Below, piece after piece: positions 49,214-59,457 of a stretch of DNA of 64,000 nucleotides. The stretch comes from Patescibacteria group bacterium (GTDB taxonomy: Bacteria > Patescibacteriota > Minisyncoccia > Ryanbacterales > GWA2-47-10b), in the NCBI GenBank assembly GCA_038064855.1, contig JBBTSE010000007.1, forward strand, positions 18,079 to 82,078. Direction: 5' to 3'. Both the position numbers and the translations under genes were made by a program. The notes under the pieces are model-generated. The model was given only the letters and a program-made list of their open reading frames with translations, was not told where the DNA came from and searched no databases. Numbering within the stretch: position 1 is the stretch's first letter; each line of letters opens with the position of its first letter.

Positions 49214-49393
49214 ATGGATATTTTCGGAATACTTTGGGCGGCATCGCTTTTGTTTTTTATAGTAGGCCCGTCACTTGCTGGCATTGCATTTCGTAAAAAG
49301 AAAATAACACTCGTGCAGGCGTTGATCGCAGGTCTTTTAGCGCTCACTATATCTGCAGCATTAATCTGGTCACTTATCGTATTTAGTGTTTAG
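49214..49393 (+). CDS. small two-TM membrane protein, 59 aa
   Basis: MDIFGILWAASLLFFIVGPSLAGIAFRKKKITLVQALIAGLLALTISAALIWSLIVFSV. Below the ORF-track cutoff. Confidence 0.4.
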   Translation: MDIFGILWAASLLFFIVGPSLAGIAFRKKKITLVQALIAGLLALTISAALIWSLIVFSV

Positions 49394-49401
49394 AATGGCA
49401 T

Positions 49402-50160
49402 ATGCCTGGATTTGAAGGACGCCCCACCCTCGGTTTCCATCTTGAACAAAAGCCCGAGATACGACCTCAATACAAAGCAGAACTCAAGGCGCTTTTACGC
49501 TTGGAGCAAGCTTTGCGTCATCCAGAAATGCCTGATGCCGTGCGTGGTTTTGAGGGGATTAAGGTAGGCAACGCGATTTTGAAAGAAAAAGGAGTATCAG
49601 GCGTGCTGATAGGCGGCCTTGCCGAGGCCGTATGGCGCTCTGCGAGGCCGCAGGATCTCGCGCGTCGCAAAGATACCGATATTTTGGTACTGACTCCAGA
49701 TGCCGAGCTTGAAGATTTTGAAGGCGGTATTGACTGGTGGACGCGTAAAGAAGAGCATCTTGAAGTGAGTGGTGAGTTTGGTAAGAGCACAGGACCCATT
49801 AGATGGTGGGAAAATGCCAATGGAATCGTGCTCGGTTTTCGTCCCGAGGTGACCGGTGAGCTCGAGTCAGGTCTTTATGTATTGTCTCCCGAAGAGGTCA
49901 TCTCGATGCGTCTCAATGAAACGACAGCTCAACTTGGCAATGCCGATGTAGAGCAGGAGTCACTCGCGCTTTTTGAGACAGCAATACTAAAGCGTCTTGG
50001 TAGGCAGCTCATGGTGCCAGAGGTTGCTGATGCCGTTGGGGGTAGAATCTTATCGCAAGGACACGGGTATCGTAAAGCTCAAGATACCGAAATAAAAAGC
50101 TTCCGTATGCCTACTGCAGACTACGGAGCTATCAAAAAGTTTAAAGAAGGAAGCGAGTAG
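49402..50160 (+). CDS. hypothetical protein (possible nucleotidyltransferase-fold)
   Basis: GVLIGGLAEAVW...DTDILVL. No firm family. Confidence 0.45.
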   Translation: MPGFEGRPTLGFHLEQKPEIRPQYKAELKALLRLEQALRHPEMPDAVRGFEGIKVGNAILKEKGVSGVLIGGLAEAVWRSARPQDLARRKDTDILVLTPDAELEDFEGGIDWWTRKEEHLEVSGEFGKSTGPIRWWENANGIVLGFRPEVTGELESGLYVLSPEEVISMRLNETTAQLGNADVEQESLALFETAILKRLGRQLMVPEVADAVGGRILSQGHGYRKAQDTEIKSFRMPTADYGAIKKFKEGSE

Positions 50161-50163
50161 GGG

Positions 50164-50382
50164 CTACTTTGCTGTAGCTGAATAGCCGAGCTCGGAGACC
50201 GATTTTTGGATTTGCTCTACGGTCACTTTTGAATCATCAAACTCTACTTCACCTGATTTGGTGTCCCAGCTCACTGAGGCGTTTTGAATACCGTCTTGGG
50301 TTGAAAGGACCATTTGGATACCCGCCGCACATGAGCCACAATGCATACCACCTACATCAAATTGTTTTTTTACGATTGCCAT
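50164..50382 (-). CDS. copZ: copper chaperone CopZ (HMA domain)
   Basis: GMHCGSCAAGIQ. Confidence 0.85.
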   Translation of the reverse strand: MAIVKKQFDVGGMHCGSCAAGIQMVLSTQDGIQNASVSWDTKSGEVEFDDSKVTVEQIQKSVSELGYSATAK

Positions 50383-50396
50383 ATAGAGTTATGGTA

Positions 50397-52796
50397 CTAC
50401 GCCGTTTTTTCTCGTGCAATCTTGGGTTCACGAAAGTATTTCAGAAGTAAAGAGTTGCCTACTACCGATACCGAGCTAAACGCCATAGCAAAGCCGGCAT
50501 ATTCAGGTTTGAGAAAGGCATTAAACGCACTCTTGCCCCATGGGAGACTGGCGACAAAGGCAGGATAATTTTGCCCGATATAGAAGAGAAGACCTGCCGC
50601 CAGCGGAATACCCACGATGTTATAAATAAACGCCCAGAAAAGATTTTGCCAAATCTTGCGAATCGTTTTGCGTGAGAGATCGAGCGCTGTGACAATATCA
50701 CGCAAGTCATCTTTGATCAGCACAATACTACCAGTCTCGATTGCCACATCAGTACCGGAGCCGACAGCGATGCCCACCTCGGCTTGTGCGAGAGCGGGGG
50801 AGTCGTTCACTCCGTCACCAACCATAGCTACTTTCTTCCCTTGGCGCTGGAGTTCTTTGATCACTTCTTCTTTTTTCTCTGGTAATACTTTTGCCATGAC
50901 GCGATCAATACCCACCATCTTGGCGATGGCTTCTGCGGTTTTTTGGTTATCACCTGTGATCATGATGATTTCAAGACCGCGTTTTTTGAGCTCGGCAATA
51001 GTTTCCTTGGCGTGTTCTTTGAGCGTATCAGCCATAGCGAGAACTCCTATCAGCTTACCGTCGTAGGCGATAAAGACGGCGGTCTTCGCTTCGTCCTGCA
51101 GGCGATCCAAGTCTTTCTCGCCCGCGATATAATCAATGTTCATCGATTTCATCATTTCGTCATTGCCGACGAGAACTACCTTACCTTCATAAAGAGCTGA
51201 AACTCCTTTGCCTGAAACGTTTTTGAACTCTTTGGGTTCCGGGGGGTTCAAATCTTTGGCGGCTTTCACTACCGCTTGGGCGAGCGGATGTTCTGATCCG
51301 CGCTCAGCAGTTGCCGCAATCTTAAGCACCTCATCGCGTGACATCCCGCCCATGGGAACTACATCAGTAACTGATAGCTCACCTTTTGTGAGCGTACCTG
51401 TTTTATCAAATGCTATAGCATTGAGCGAGCGGGTTTTTTCGAGCGCCTCACCACCTTTGAGGAGTACGCCAAACTCGGCACCACGCCCCGTACCTACCAT
51501 GATGGCGGTTGGCGTCGCCAGACCCATCGCGCACGGACACGAGATCACAAGCACAGAGACAGCGGCCAAGAGTGCGACAGCAATAATCTTGCCCGCGATG
51601 TAATACCAATAGAAGAATGACAAGAGTGCAATGACTACTATAGTAGGTACAAAGTATTCAGATACCCTGTCAGTAAAGTCTTGGATAGGAGCACGAGCGC
51701 TTTGCGCCTCTTCTACCATCTTTACGATCTGATGAAGGAGTGTATCTTTACCTACTTTGGATGCGCGGCATTTGAGGAGCCCGTAGCTATTTACAGTTGC
51801 TCCGATGACCTGATCGCCAGCTTTTTTATTGACGGGGATTGACTCTCCGGTGATGATTTTCTCGTCGATAGCCGTCTCACCCTCAATAACTAAGCCATCA
51901 GTAGCTACTTTTTCACCCGGTTTTACCAAAAATACATCGCCAATCTGGATGTCCCCAATCTTTACCGTGACTTCTTTGCCATCTCGGATGACGATAGCGT
52001 CTTGAGGGGCGAGTTTTAAGAGTTTGCGGATAGCGCTCGATGCCTGACCTTTGGCTCGGGCTTCAAAGTAGCGGCCAAGAATAAGAAACGATATGAGTGC
52101 GGCAGAAGATTCCCAATACGGGTGGCTCAATCCTTGCCATAGTTGTTGGTAAAAGAATGAGTCAGGGCTAAGTTTGAATGTCATCGAGAAGAAAAATCCA
52201 AATGCCGACAGAAGATACGCGGTAGTGGTTCCCAATACCACGAGTACATCCATATTGGTCGATCCTACGCGTAGCGCGGTAAAGGCGTTGCGGTAGAATG
52301 GCCATGCCACAAAAAACTGGATGGGTGTGGTCATGATGAGGTATACCCAATTGAGATCTATGAAGGTGCCATTGGTGCACGCGCCATCGATAACTTTGAT
52401 GATCGCATCACCACCGGCGCAAAGTGCATGGCCGTGTTGGAGATTGAGCATATGCACCGCCATATAGTAGAGAATAATGGGGGTAGCGAGCAGAAACGAA
52501 ATAATCGTGCGATTACGCAGGTGCAGTATCTCTGCCAAGCGGTGTTTTTCTACTTCTTCCTCTTCGAGGGCGCCCTCTTTGGGTACGATAAGCCCATAGC
52601 CCAGTTTTTTGAGAAGGCCCCGTATTGCCTCGAGTGTGATGGTGGTGGGGTCATATTCGACGATGAGGCGCTCTGAGCTGTAGTTTGCGTTTGCCTTGGT
52701 GACGCCCTTTTGCGCTGAAAGAATTTTATTGATGAGTACTTGGCAGTTTGCGCAGTGCATGCCCTGTACTCGATAACTTTGACGAATGGTTGCCAT
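50397..52796 (-). CDS. copA: copper-translocating P1B-type ATPase
   Basis: N-terminal HMA GMHCANC. CPC. DKTGTLT. GDGVNDSPAL. Confidence 0.9.
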   Translation of the reverse strand: MATIRQSYRVQGMHCANCQVLINKILSAQKGVTKANANYSSERLIVEYDPTTITLEAIRGLLKKLGYGLIVPKEGALEEEEVEKHRLAEILHLRNRTIISFLLATPIILYYMAVHMLNLQHGHALCAGGDAIIKVIDGACTNGTFIDLNWVYLIMTTPIQFFVAWPFYRNAFTALRVGSTNMDVLVVLGTTTAYLLSAFGFFFSMTFKLSPDSFFYQQLWQGLSHPYWESSAALISFLILGRYFEARAKGQASSAIRKLLKLAPQDAIVIRDGKEVTVKIGDIQIGDVFLVKPGEKVATDGLVIEGETAIDEKIITGESIPVNKKAGDQVIGATVNSYGLLKCRASKVGKDTLLHQIVKMVEEAQSARAPIQDFTDRVSEYFVPTIVVIALLSFFYWYYIAGKIIAVALLAAVSVLVISCPCAMGLATPTAIMVGTGRGAEFGVLLKGGEALEKTRSLNAIAFDKTGTLTKGELSVTDVVPMGGMSRDEVLKIAATAERGSEHPLAQAVVKAAKDLNPPEPKEFKNVSGKGVSALYEGKVVLVGNDEMMKSMNIDYIAGEKDLDRLQDEAKTAVFIAYDGKLIGVLAMADTLKEHAKETIAELKKRGLEIIMITGDNQKTAEAIAKMVGIDRVMAKVLPEKKEEVIKELQRQGKKVAMVGDGVNDSPALAQAEVGIAVGSGTDVAIETGSIVLIKDDLRDIVTALDLSRKTIRKIWQNLFWAFIYNIVGIPLAAGLLFYIGQNYPAFVASLPWGKSAFNAFLKPEYAGFAMAFSSVSVVGNSLLLKYFREPKIAREKTA

Positions 52797-52838
52797 ATAG
52801 AGTGAGAAATATGCTATAGTAATACTATTAACTCTATC
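52797..52838. promoter_or_regulatory. nested palindrome ATAGAGT-N12-ATAGTAATACTAT-N2-ACTCTAT in the copA/cupredoxin divergent promoter (candidate metalloregulator operator)
   Basis: Both inverted repeats read directly. Centred at 52822. Confidence 0.45.
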
Positions 52839-52873
52839 TTATCACGGGAACGCAAAGCTCCCTGTGCATACAT

Positions 52874-53281
52874 ATGGGTAACAAATATATCATTTTTCTT
52901 TTATTTGGAGCGCTTTTGATTGGTAGCGGCATTGTCTACGAAAAGTATTACCGTCCGAAAGATGTTGGAGCTGTCGCGTGGGATGGTGTGACGGTACTTG
53001 AGCGCAATATGATATCACTCGCAGACAAATGGCGGTTTGAGCCCAACACGCTTGAGACTAAACGCGGAGCCAAGGTGATTTTGCATATCTATAATCAAGA
53101 TATCTATGATCATGGCATCGGCATTGATAACTTCGCCGTCAATGAACGCCTTTTCCCCAAGAGTACGACAACCGTGACATTTATTGCTTCAGAAAAAGGG
53201 GAGTTTCAATTTTATTGCTCGGTCGCTTGTGGCGATGGTCATTATGACCAAATAGGCAAGCTCATCGTCCACGAGGAGTAG
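52874..53281 (+). CDS. membrane-anchored cupredoxin-fold protein with CuA-like FYCSVACGDGHYDQ motif
   Basis: TM anchor. H...C...C..H..(M/Q) spacing like cytochrome oxidase subunit II CuA. Confidence 0.55.
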   Translation: MGNKYIIFLLFGALLIGSGIVYEKYYRPKDVGAVAWDGVTVLERNMISLADKWRFEPNTLETKRGAKVILHIYNQDIYDHGIGIDNFAVNERLFPKSTTTVTFIASEKGEFQFYCSVACGDGHYDQIGKLIVHEE

Positions 53282-53747
53282 GACGATCGTTACCCAACAG
53301 AAATACCGCAAAGCCAGCGGCGGCAAGCCCCACATCACGGTAGAGATCAGGAGTCAGTTTAAGTCCTTTAAAGTTTACATACGCTACAAAAATAGTGGTT
53401 ATCATACCGCCCGCAAGAAAGCCAGCAAGACGCACCTGAATACCGGTGATGAGCGCGAGCGCTATGAGTGCTTCTAAAATACCTGTATAAAAATTGAGAG
53501 GCCGTGAGAGCTCACGCCCTATGCCAAAGAGTTGTTCGATCTCGGCGGCTCCTTGCCCTGCGCTTGCTGGTGTAAGTTTATGAATCGCAAAAAGTATAAA
53601 AACAACGGCAAGCCCAAGCCGTAGAATGATGGGTGCAAGCCATGAGAGTTTTCTACCAATATTGTTAAACCGTTCCATAAGAGTAAGTATATATGGAAAA
53701 TCACTGTATATCGTGTGGATAAGATATGCATAGCTTGTGGAGTGCAC
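53262..53747 (-). CDS. DoxX family membrane protein
   Basis: LRLGLAVVFILFAIHKL and four TMs. Confidence 0.7.
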   Translation of the reverse strand: MHSTSYAYLIHTIYSDFPYILTLMERFNNIGRKLSWLAPIILRLGLAVVFILFAIHKLTPASAGQGAAEIEQLFGIGRELSRPLNFYTGILEALIALALITGIQVRLAGFLAGGMITTIFVAYVNFKGLKLTPDLYRDVGLAAAGFAVFLLGNDRPTPRGR

Positions 53748-53765
53748 TCACCCTAAAATAGACGC

Positions 53766-54281
53766 ATGTCATGGCGTTTTATCGCAATGAGTACTCTTGT
53801 TTTTGGTCTCGCACATGTTGCTTTTGTGTACGCAGGACCACGAGAAGTTTTTTTGGCGAGCGAGCTCAAGTTCATTGATTTTCAAAGTCCTGCGCCTGAA
53901 TACACGATTGGAGCTGATGTGCGCAGTAAGCTCAAAGACCACTTTAGTTCAACATATAATCGAATATTGGCAACCAATATTCGTTTTGAACATGAAGCGG
54001 GGCGCGTTGAACGGGCGATCGCCGCGCGTGAACTTATGGGTGATGCTCAGCAATTAAGAACGAAGCTCGCGCACGCGCGTACGCGTCTTGCCGAAAGTCG
54101 AGCGGCGCTTAGTAGCATCAAGGGTGATTTTGAAAATATTTTTATCTTTGATCTACAGGCAACACCGCGTACGCGGATGGGTAGGATGCGCGGTCGATTT
54201 GAAAAGGAAGTAGCAATCCCGATGCGGGGCGCGCATACAATGCTGATGGGTGTAGTACTCAAACTCAAGGAGATCCAATGA
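53766..54281 (+). CDS. hypothetical membrane-anchored protein
   Basis: N-terminal TM. No family. Confidence 0.45.
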   Translation: MSWRFIAMSTLVFGLAHVAFVYAGPREVFLASELKFIDFQSPAPEYTIGADVRSKLKDHFSSTYNRILATNIRFEHEAGRVERAIAARELMGDAQQLRTKLAHARTRLAESRAALSSIKGDFENIFIFDLQATPRTRMGRMRGRFEKEVAIPMRGAHTMLMGVVLKLKEIQ

Positions 54282-54568
54282 TTTCGCGTATCAAGCATCA
54301 CTTATCTATAGTAACTATCGTGCTTGTCTCGGCGCTTACGACCTTTAGTGTGCTTTGGATGCGCGATGTGGTACGGATAGTAGAGCCGACGACAAATGCC
54401 GCAGCATCTGAGATGCCACAAATGATATATGATCCAGTAATCGAACAGACGCTTTCATCGGGCGATTCTATCGATCCAGATGCTATCGAAAGAGATTTGC
54501 GTGCCATTGAGCTTCACACGGCCGGTGAAGGATTAGCGGATATTCAGGTATTACTAGGAAATCAATAA
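54278..54568 (+). CDS. hypothetical small membrane-anchored protein
   Basis: ATGA-coupled. N-terminal TM. Confidence 0.45.
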   Translation: MISRIKHHLSIVTIVLVSALTTFSVLWMRDVVRIVEPTTNAAASEMPQMIYDPVIEQTLSSGDSIDPDAIERDLRAIELHTAGEGLADIQVLLGNQ

Positions 54569-55464
54569 TGATCTGGCCAGCTATCGCGCTTGTAGGATAT
54601 TTTTGTTCAGCACTTTCTAAAATTATTGATAAGGGTCTTTTAGCACGCACTATTCCCGATCCTCGAGTCTATACCGTATGGACGGGGATTTTAAGCAGTT
54701 TTATTATTTTGTTCGCGCCGTTCGGATTTCATCTCTTGCCGCTCAAAATCATGGGGTGGGCGTTGTTGTCGGGAGTTGCGTTTGGTATATCATTATATTG
54801 TTTTTATAGTGCGTTGCGCCGCTTTGAAGTATCGCGTGTTGTGCCGCTCTTTGTCGGTATTGCGCCATTTATCACTATCGCACTTTCGGCAAAAGTGCTG
54901 GGTGAACGGGTAGATGGCTGGAATTTTGGAGTATTCGCGCTTTTGATTTTGGGCGGCGTATTACTCGCATGGGAGGGTAGGGGGCATATGCTTTTCAGCG
55001 CACTGTTGGGTGGATGGACTCTCGCCGCCGCTTTTGCTCTTTCAGTACACTTTGTATCTGCGCGTATTGTTTTTGACGCGACGCCGTCTTTTATCAATGG
55101 GCTTATCTGGACGCGATTTGGGCTTATTCTTTTTGCACTCTCATTGATATTGTTTCCAAGTGTGCGCCGCGCGCTTAGGGGTGCCAAGCGCCCCGCGCGG
55201 CGGGGTATCGCGATCTTCGGTCTCAACAAACTTATCGGTGCGGCAGGTCTTTTTTTGATCAACTTGGCGCTTGCAAAGATATCGGTTTCCCTTGTGCATG
55301 CGTTGGGTAGTTTTGAATATTTATTCGCGTTTTTACTAGCAGGTGTTCTCTCGCATCTATTGCCACAGTATAAGGCAGAAGACTTCTCGCGTGGCGCCGC
55401 GCTCATGAAGTTGTCGGGGGTGGCGGCGCTTGGTGTAGCTTCATATTTGCTCTTTATCGCATGA
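54568..55464 (+). CDS. EamA/DMT-like multi-TM membrane protein
   Basis: About 9 to 10 TM helices in two halves. Confidence 0.5.
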   Translation: MIWPAIALVGYFCSALSKIIDKGLLARTIPDPRVYTVWTGILSSFIILFAPFGFHLLPLKIMGWALLSGVAFGISLYCFYSALRRFEVSRVVPLFVGIAPFITIALSAKVLGERVDGWNFGVFALLILGGVLLAWEGRGHMLFSALLGGWTLAAAFALSVHFVSARIVFDATPSFINGLIWTRFGLILFALSLILFPSVRRALRGAKRPARRGIAIFGLNKLIGAAGLFLINLALAKISVSLVHALGSFEYLFAFLLAGVLSHLLPQYKAEDFSRGAALMKLSGVAALGVASYLLFIA

Positions 55465-56477
55465 GGTATCAGAAAAAAAAGCATCGCCGAATACTGCGCA
55501 TGTTAGTTGGGGTGGTGCTGTTTGTTTGTTTGGTAGTGGGCGTTTTGGTTTTACGCATACCTGTACAAGAGCCGCGCATATGGGGGGTGACATTCTCACA
55601 TATTTACGCCCGTTCTATGGGGCTTTCATGGATTGAGACTTATGAGGCGGTGTTGCAAGATTTGGGTGTGCGGCATCTGCGTATACCGGTGTATTGGCCC
55701 GAAGTCGAGCATCAGCGGGATCAATGGTCTTTTGATGATTATGATTATATGTTGGCGCGTGCGGGCGATATGGACGCAAAGGTTATCATGGCGATTGGTC
55801 GCAAGGTACCGCGTTGGCCGGAGTGTCATGAGGCGCCGTGGACCTACGGCATGCCCGATATAGAAAAAGACGAGTTTCTGTTGCGCTATATGCGTATGGC
55901 GGTCGAGCGTTATCGAAGCTTCCCGCAGGTAGTGGCGTGGCAAGTTGAGAATGAGCCTTTTTTGCCATTTGGCGTTTGTCCGCCGTTTCGCAAAGAATTT
56001 CTTGATCGCGAGATAGCACTCGTGCGCGAGCTCGATCCATCACGACCTATCATGATTACCGATTCGGGAGAGCTTTCCATGTGGGTGCCGGCCATGTCGC
56101 GCGCGGATATTTTTGGTACGACTATGTACCGTACTATCTATAATGGGCGCATTGGCTATATCACTTATCCTTTGCCGCCGTCATTTTTCCGTCTGAAGCG
56201 CGCGGCAGCGGAGCTTTTTGCAGGCAAGAGGCAGGGGGTTGTTATCGAACTACAAGCAGAGCCGTGGGGGCCTGGAGATGCTCAACATTTTACGCGTGAG
56301 GAGCGCGAGAAATCTTTTGGCGACGATGACTTACCGGCCATGACTGCCTATGCCACTAAAACAGGATTCGATACTTTTTATTTCTGGGGGGTTGAATTTT
56401 GGTACTCACTCAAAACAAAGGGTGAACCAGAGCTTTGGGAAGATGCGCGCACACTTTTCCATGAAAGTCACAAATAA
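55461..56477 (+). CDS. TIM-barrel glycoside hydrolase (GH5/GH113-like), membrane anchored
   Basis: Catalytic acid motif WQVENEPF. N-terminal TM. Confidence 0.55.
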   Translation: MRYQKKKHRRILRMLVGVVLFVCLVVGVLVLRIPVQEPRIWGVTFSHIYARSMGLSWIETYEAVLQDLGVRHLRIPVYWPEVEHQRDQWSFDDYDYMLARAGDMDAKVIMAIGRKVPRWPECHEAPWTYGMPDIEKDEFLLRYMRMAVERYRSFPQVVAWQVENEPFLPFGVCPPFRKEFLDREIALVRELDPSRPIMITDSGELSMWVPAMSRADIFGTTMYRTIYNGRIGYITYPLPPSFFRLKRAAAELFAGKRQGVVIELQAEPWGPGDAQHFTREEREKSFGDDDLPAMTAYATKTGFDTFYFWGVEFWYSLKTKGEPELWEDARTLFHESHK

Positions 56478-56534
56478 GGTTTTGGGTCGTTATACCTTAT
56501 GAATCAATCATTATTAGGTTTAGTAAACTAGAGT

Positions 56535-57983
56535 ATGAAAAAAATATTTATTATCGTAGCGATGGGGGTACTCGTTGTACCCTTAATATCATTTGTCTCG
56601 GCAAGAACCGCAGATGAAATTCGTGCTGAGATTAAGGAGATCGAGACAAAGCTAATGACATTGCGCAAAGAGCTCGCGAGCGTCGAGGGGCAGGGCAATG
56701 TATGGTGCTATAGCTTTGAACAAAACTTACGCATCGGAGATAAGAATAATGCTACGATGGAGCTCAAAGAAGTATTGCGCCGCGAAGGCATCTATACACG
56801 AAGAGACGCGAGCGCCGATTTTGATGAGACGCTTGCCGCAAGTGTAACGGCGTTTCAAGAAAAATATCGTGATGACATCTTGCGCCCCGTAGGGCTCTCA
56901 AACGGTACTGGATATGTAGGCAAAGGTACCCGCGCAAAACTCAACGCGCTCTATGGGTGTACGCGCCCACCAGTGACCGGGCAAAATATCGATGTCAAAA
57001 CGCCTGCAGTCTTTACGATTACACCCAATACCACTGCGCGCGTAGTTAACTATCAAAATATGACGATTACTCTTAAACATATCTCGCTTACCAAAATCGT
57101 GTGTATCACGACACCGTGTATTTCACCGATATTTGCTCAGATTGAGGTTGCAACGCCGGGTGGATGTGGGATAGATGCTGATCCGCGTTGCTTGGGCGCG
57201 CCAAGTTTTCGTCAGGAGTATACAATGGCGCGTGGCCAGACTATTGATGTGATGGGTTTGCCAATCACACTCTCTGAGATCAGTGAGAGTAAGGCAACAT
57301 TTAAAATAGGAAAAGAAGACTCAACTACCAATCAGCCGCCCGTTATCAAAAGCGTCAAAGGTCCTACACAGCTTAGTGTCGGCGAAGTGGGCGGATGGAT
57401 AATCGAGGCATACGATCCTGAGCGCGCGAGCTTGCGTTACTCAGTGATGTGGGGTGATGAGAATAATTATGCGAGTCCTTCAGATATTTCTGGCCGAGAA
57501 GGGGGTGCTACTAACGCGCAGACGACAACCTTTACTCATTCATATGCTCGAGCGGGGGCCTATACGATACGCTTTGTCGTGAGTGACAACGCAGGGCAAG
57601 AGGCAAAATCAAGCATGACTATTCAGGTGGGCGAGAAAATCGCCAACGGGTCTTTGTATTTTCGACCGGACTCGATGAATCTTAGAGTGGGTCAGACACA
57701 GGGGGTTGCGGCATATTTTCAGCCCGCGATGCCGTCCTGTCCTACTGGTATGGCGTGTGCACAAGTAATGCCCGCCTCTTATCGCGTAGACGCAAGATTT
57801 AGTGTCGAGAACTCTAGTATCATAGGGTTTCAATATGCGATGCCAGGGTGCATGGCTCCCGAATCGGTTTATAGTTACTGTGGCACCTATGTCATCGCAG
57901 AAGGTAAGCAAGTCGGATCAACAAAAATACTGGCAAGTTGGAATGGCTTTACTGCAACCATGCCCGTGAGCGTCTCACAATAG
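56535..57983 (+). CDS. secreted protein with peptidoglycan-binding domain, PKD-like and Big_2-like domains
   Basis: PG_binding_1-like GDKNNATMELKEVLRREG...VTAFQEKY. PKD VVSDNAGQEA. Confidence 0.55.
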   Translation: MKKIFIIVAMGVLVVPLISFVSARTADEIRAEIKEIETKLMTLRKELASVEGQGNVWCYSFEQNLRIGDKNNATMELKEVLRREGIYTRRDASADFDETLAASVTAFQEKYRDDILRPVGLSNGTGYVGKGTRAKLNALYGCTRPPVTGQNIDVKTPAVFTITPNTTARVVNYQNMTITLKHISLTKIVCITTPCISPIFAQIEVATPGGCGIDADPRCLGAPSFRQEYTMARGQTIDVMGLPITLSEISESKATFKIGKEDSTTNQPPVIKSVKGPTQLSVGEVGGWIIEAYDPERASLRYSVMWGDENNYASPSDISGREGGATNAQTTTFTHSYARAGAYTIRFVVSDNAGQEAKSSMTIQVGEKIANGSLYFRPDSMNLRVGQTQGVAAYFQPAMPSCPTGMACAQVMPASYRVDARFSVENSSIIGFQYAMPGCMAPESVYSYCGTYVIAEGKQVGSTKILASWNGFTATMPVSVSQ

Positions 57984-57984
57984 A

Positions 57985-58911
57985 TTATAGAAGTTTTAGA
58001 TTCGCGGTGTCCTCGCGCAGTCCCGCGAGAAACGCACTACCAGCCATCGGCTTACTGCCCGATGGCTGTATTGTTTTGAGGTGTATCAAAAAATCTTGTG
58101 CTACGGCGTAGACCTGTTTGTCACGAGTGACCAGATCGCCCGGCGTTTCATTTTCAGTCCGCGGTATGTCAGTAATTAAGGCTTCTAGTATTTTAAAATT
58201 TTTTCCGCCAAGTATGTTCCAGCATGTTGGCCATGCCTTGTACGCGCGGACGGCGTTGATAATGTTTTGTGCGGGCTGGTTCCAATCGATATGTCCCGAT
58301 TCTTTAGTGAGCATTTTGGTGAAAGTCGCAGCTGTATGATTTTGCTCACGCGCTTGTATCGTGCCTTTAATCCAAAGGGGGATAGCACACACCAAAAGAT
58401 CGGCGCTTCTCTGCGCGAGTTTTTCTTCGAGCGTGAGCGCATCATCAGTGTCATCTATAGCTACTTGTTCTTGGGCTATGAGAGGGCCATGATCAACCTC
58501 TTTATCGGTGAGCATGATGGTAATGCCTGTAGTATCGTCACCGTTAGCAAGTGCCGTTTGTATGGGTGTCGGGCCGCGGTAGTGCGGTAAGAGTGAAGGA
58601 TGCACATTGAGCGTTCCATGCGTGGGAATATCCAAAATATCATTTGGTATGATATGTCCGTATGAAGCGATAATACCAAGATCGCACGCAGGGACATCAT
58701 TGTTTGCTACGCGTTTTGCTTGCACAAGAGGGATTGCGCGATCTTTCGCGTAGAGTGCTACTGGGGGAGCGGTGAGTGCGTGTCCTCGTCCGCTCGGTTC
58801 ATCAGGACTTGCGATAACTGCGACGATATCAAAATCTGCGCGCACGAGCGCGTCGAGTATCGTCACCGAAAAAGCACTATTGCCAAAAAATACTACGCGA
58901 GTTTTTTTCAT
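57985..58911 (-). CDS. fmt: methionyl-tRNA formyltransferase
   Basis: SYGHIIP, HPSLLPHYRG. Confidence 0.9.
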   Translation of the reverse strand: MKKTRVVFFGNSAFSVTILDALVRADFDIVAVIASPDEPSGRGHALTAPPVALYAKDRAIPLVQAKRVANNDVPACDLGIIASYGHIIPNDILDIPTHGTLNVHPSLLPHYRGPTPIQTALANGDDTTGITIMLTDKEVDHGPLIAQEQVAIDDTDDALTLEEKLAQRSADLLVCAIPLWIKGTIQAREQNHTAATFTKMLTKESGHIDWNQPAQNIINAVRAYKAWPTCWNILGGKNFKILEALITDIPRTENETPGDLVTRDKQVYAVAQDFLIHLKTIQPSGSKPMAGSAFLAGLREDTANLKLL

Positions 58912-59450
58912 TTAGTGTCTTTAATCTTGGTGATCTTGGTAGCGTGATCGATAAAGAGCGTACCACCAAGGTGGTCAATCTCATGTTGCAAGAGGCGAGC
59001 AAAGAGCTTGGTAGCACCTCGCTCAAATGCTTTGCCGGTTTCGTCATATGCCCGTACGCGTATTTTTTCCGCGCGGGGCACAATGCCGTAAGTCTTCGGG
59101 ATACTCAAGCATCCCTCGGTGCCTGCTACTTTTTTTGAAGCGATTTTAAGAATCGTAGGATTGATAAATATGACATATTTCCAACTTTTTTTCTTTGCCT
59201 TTTCTTCAGTCGCGTCTTTTGGCTCCCAACCTTCATCGATGGCAAGAGCCTCTTCGGACGCAAGAAATATTTGCTTTGAGATGCCTATTTGAGGGGCCGC
59301 AATACCAATGCCGTCAGGCGTTTTGCGCAGCGTTCCTGACATATCACGAAGAATGCTCGCAAGTTCGGGCGAACCAAATTCTTCTTTGGCTACAGGTTTC
59401 GCCGTCCTGCGCAGTATCGTATTGGGTAGAGTGACGATGAGTGAGGTCAT
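58908..59450 (-). CDS. def: peptide deformylase
   Basis: GIGIAAPQIG, EGCLSIP, HEIDHLGG. Start chosen 8 nt after the priA stop. Confidence 0.85.
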   Translation of the reverse strand: MTSLIVTLPNTILRRTAKPVAKEEFGSPELASILRDMSGTLRKTPDGIGIAAPQIGISKQIFLASEEALAIDEGWEPKDATEEKAKKKSWKYVIFINPTILKIASKKVAGTEGCLSIPKTYGIVPRAEKIRVRAYDETGKAFERGATKLFARLLQHEIDHLGGTLFIDHATKITKIKDTK

Positions 59451-59457
59451 GGCATTA

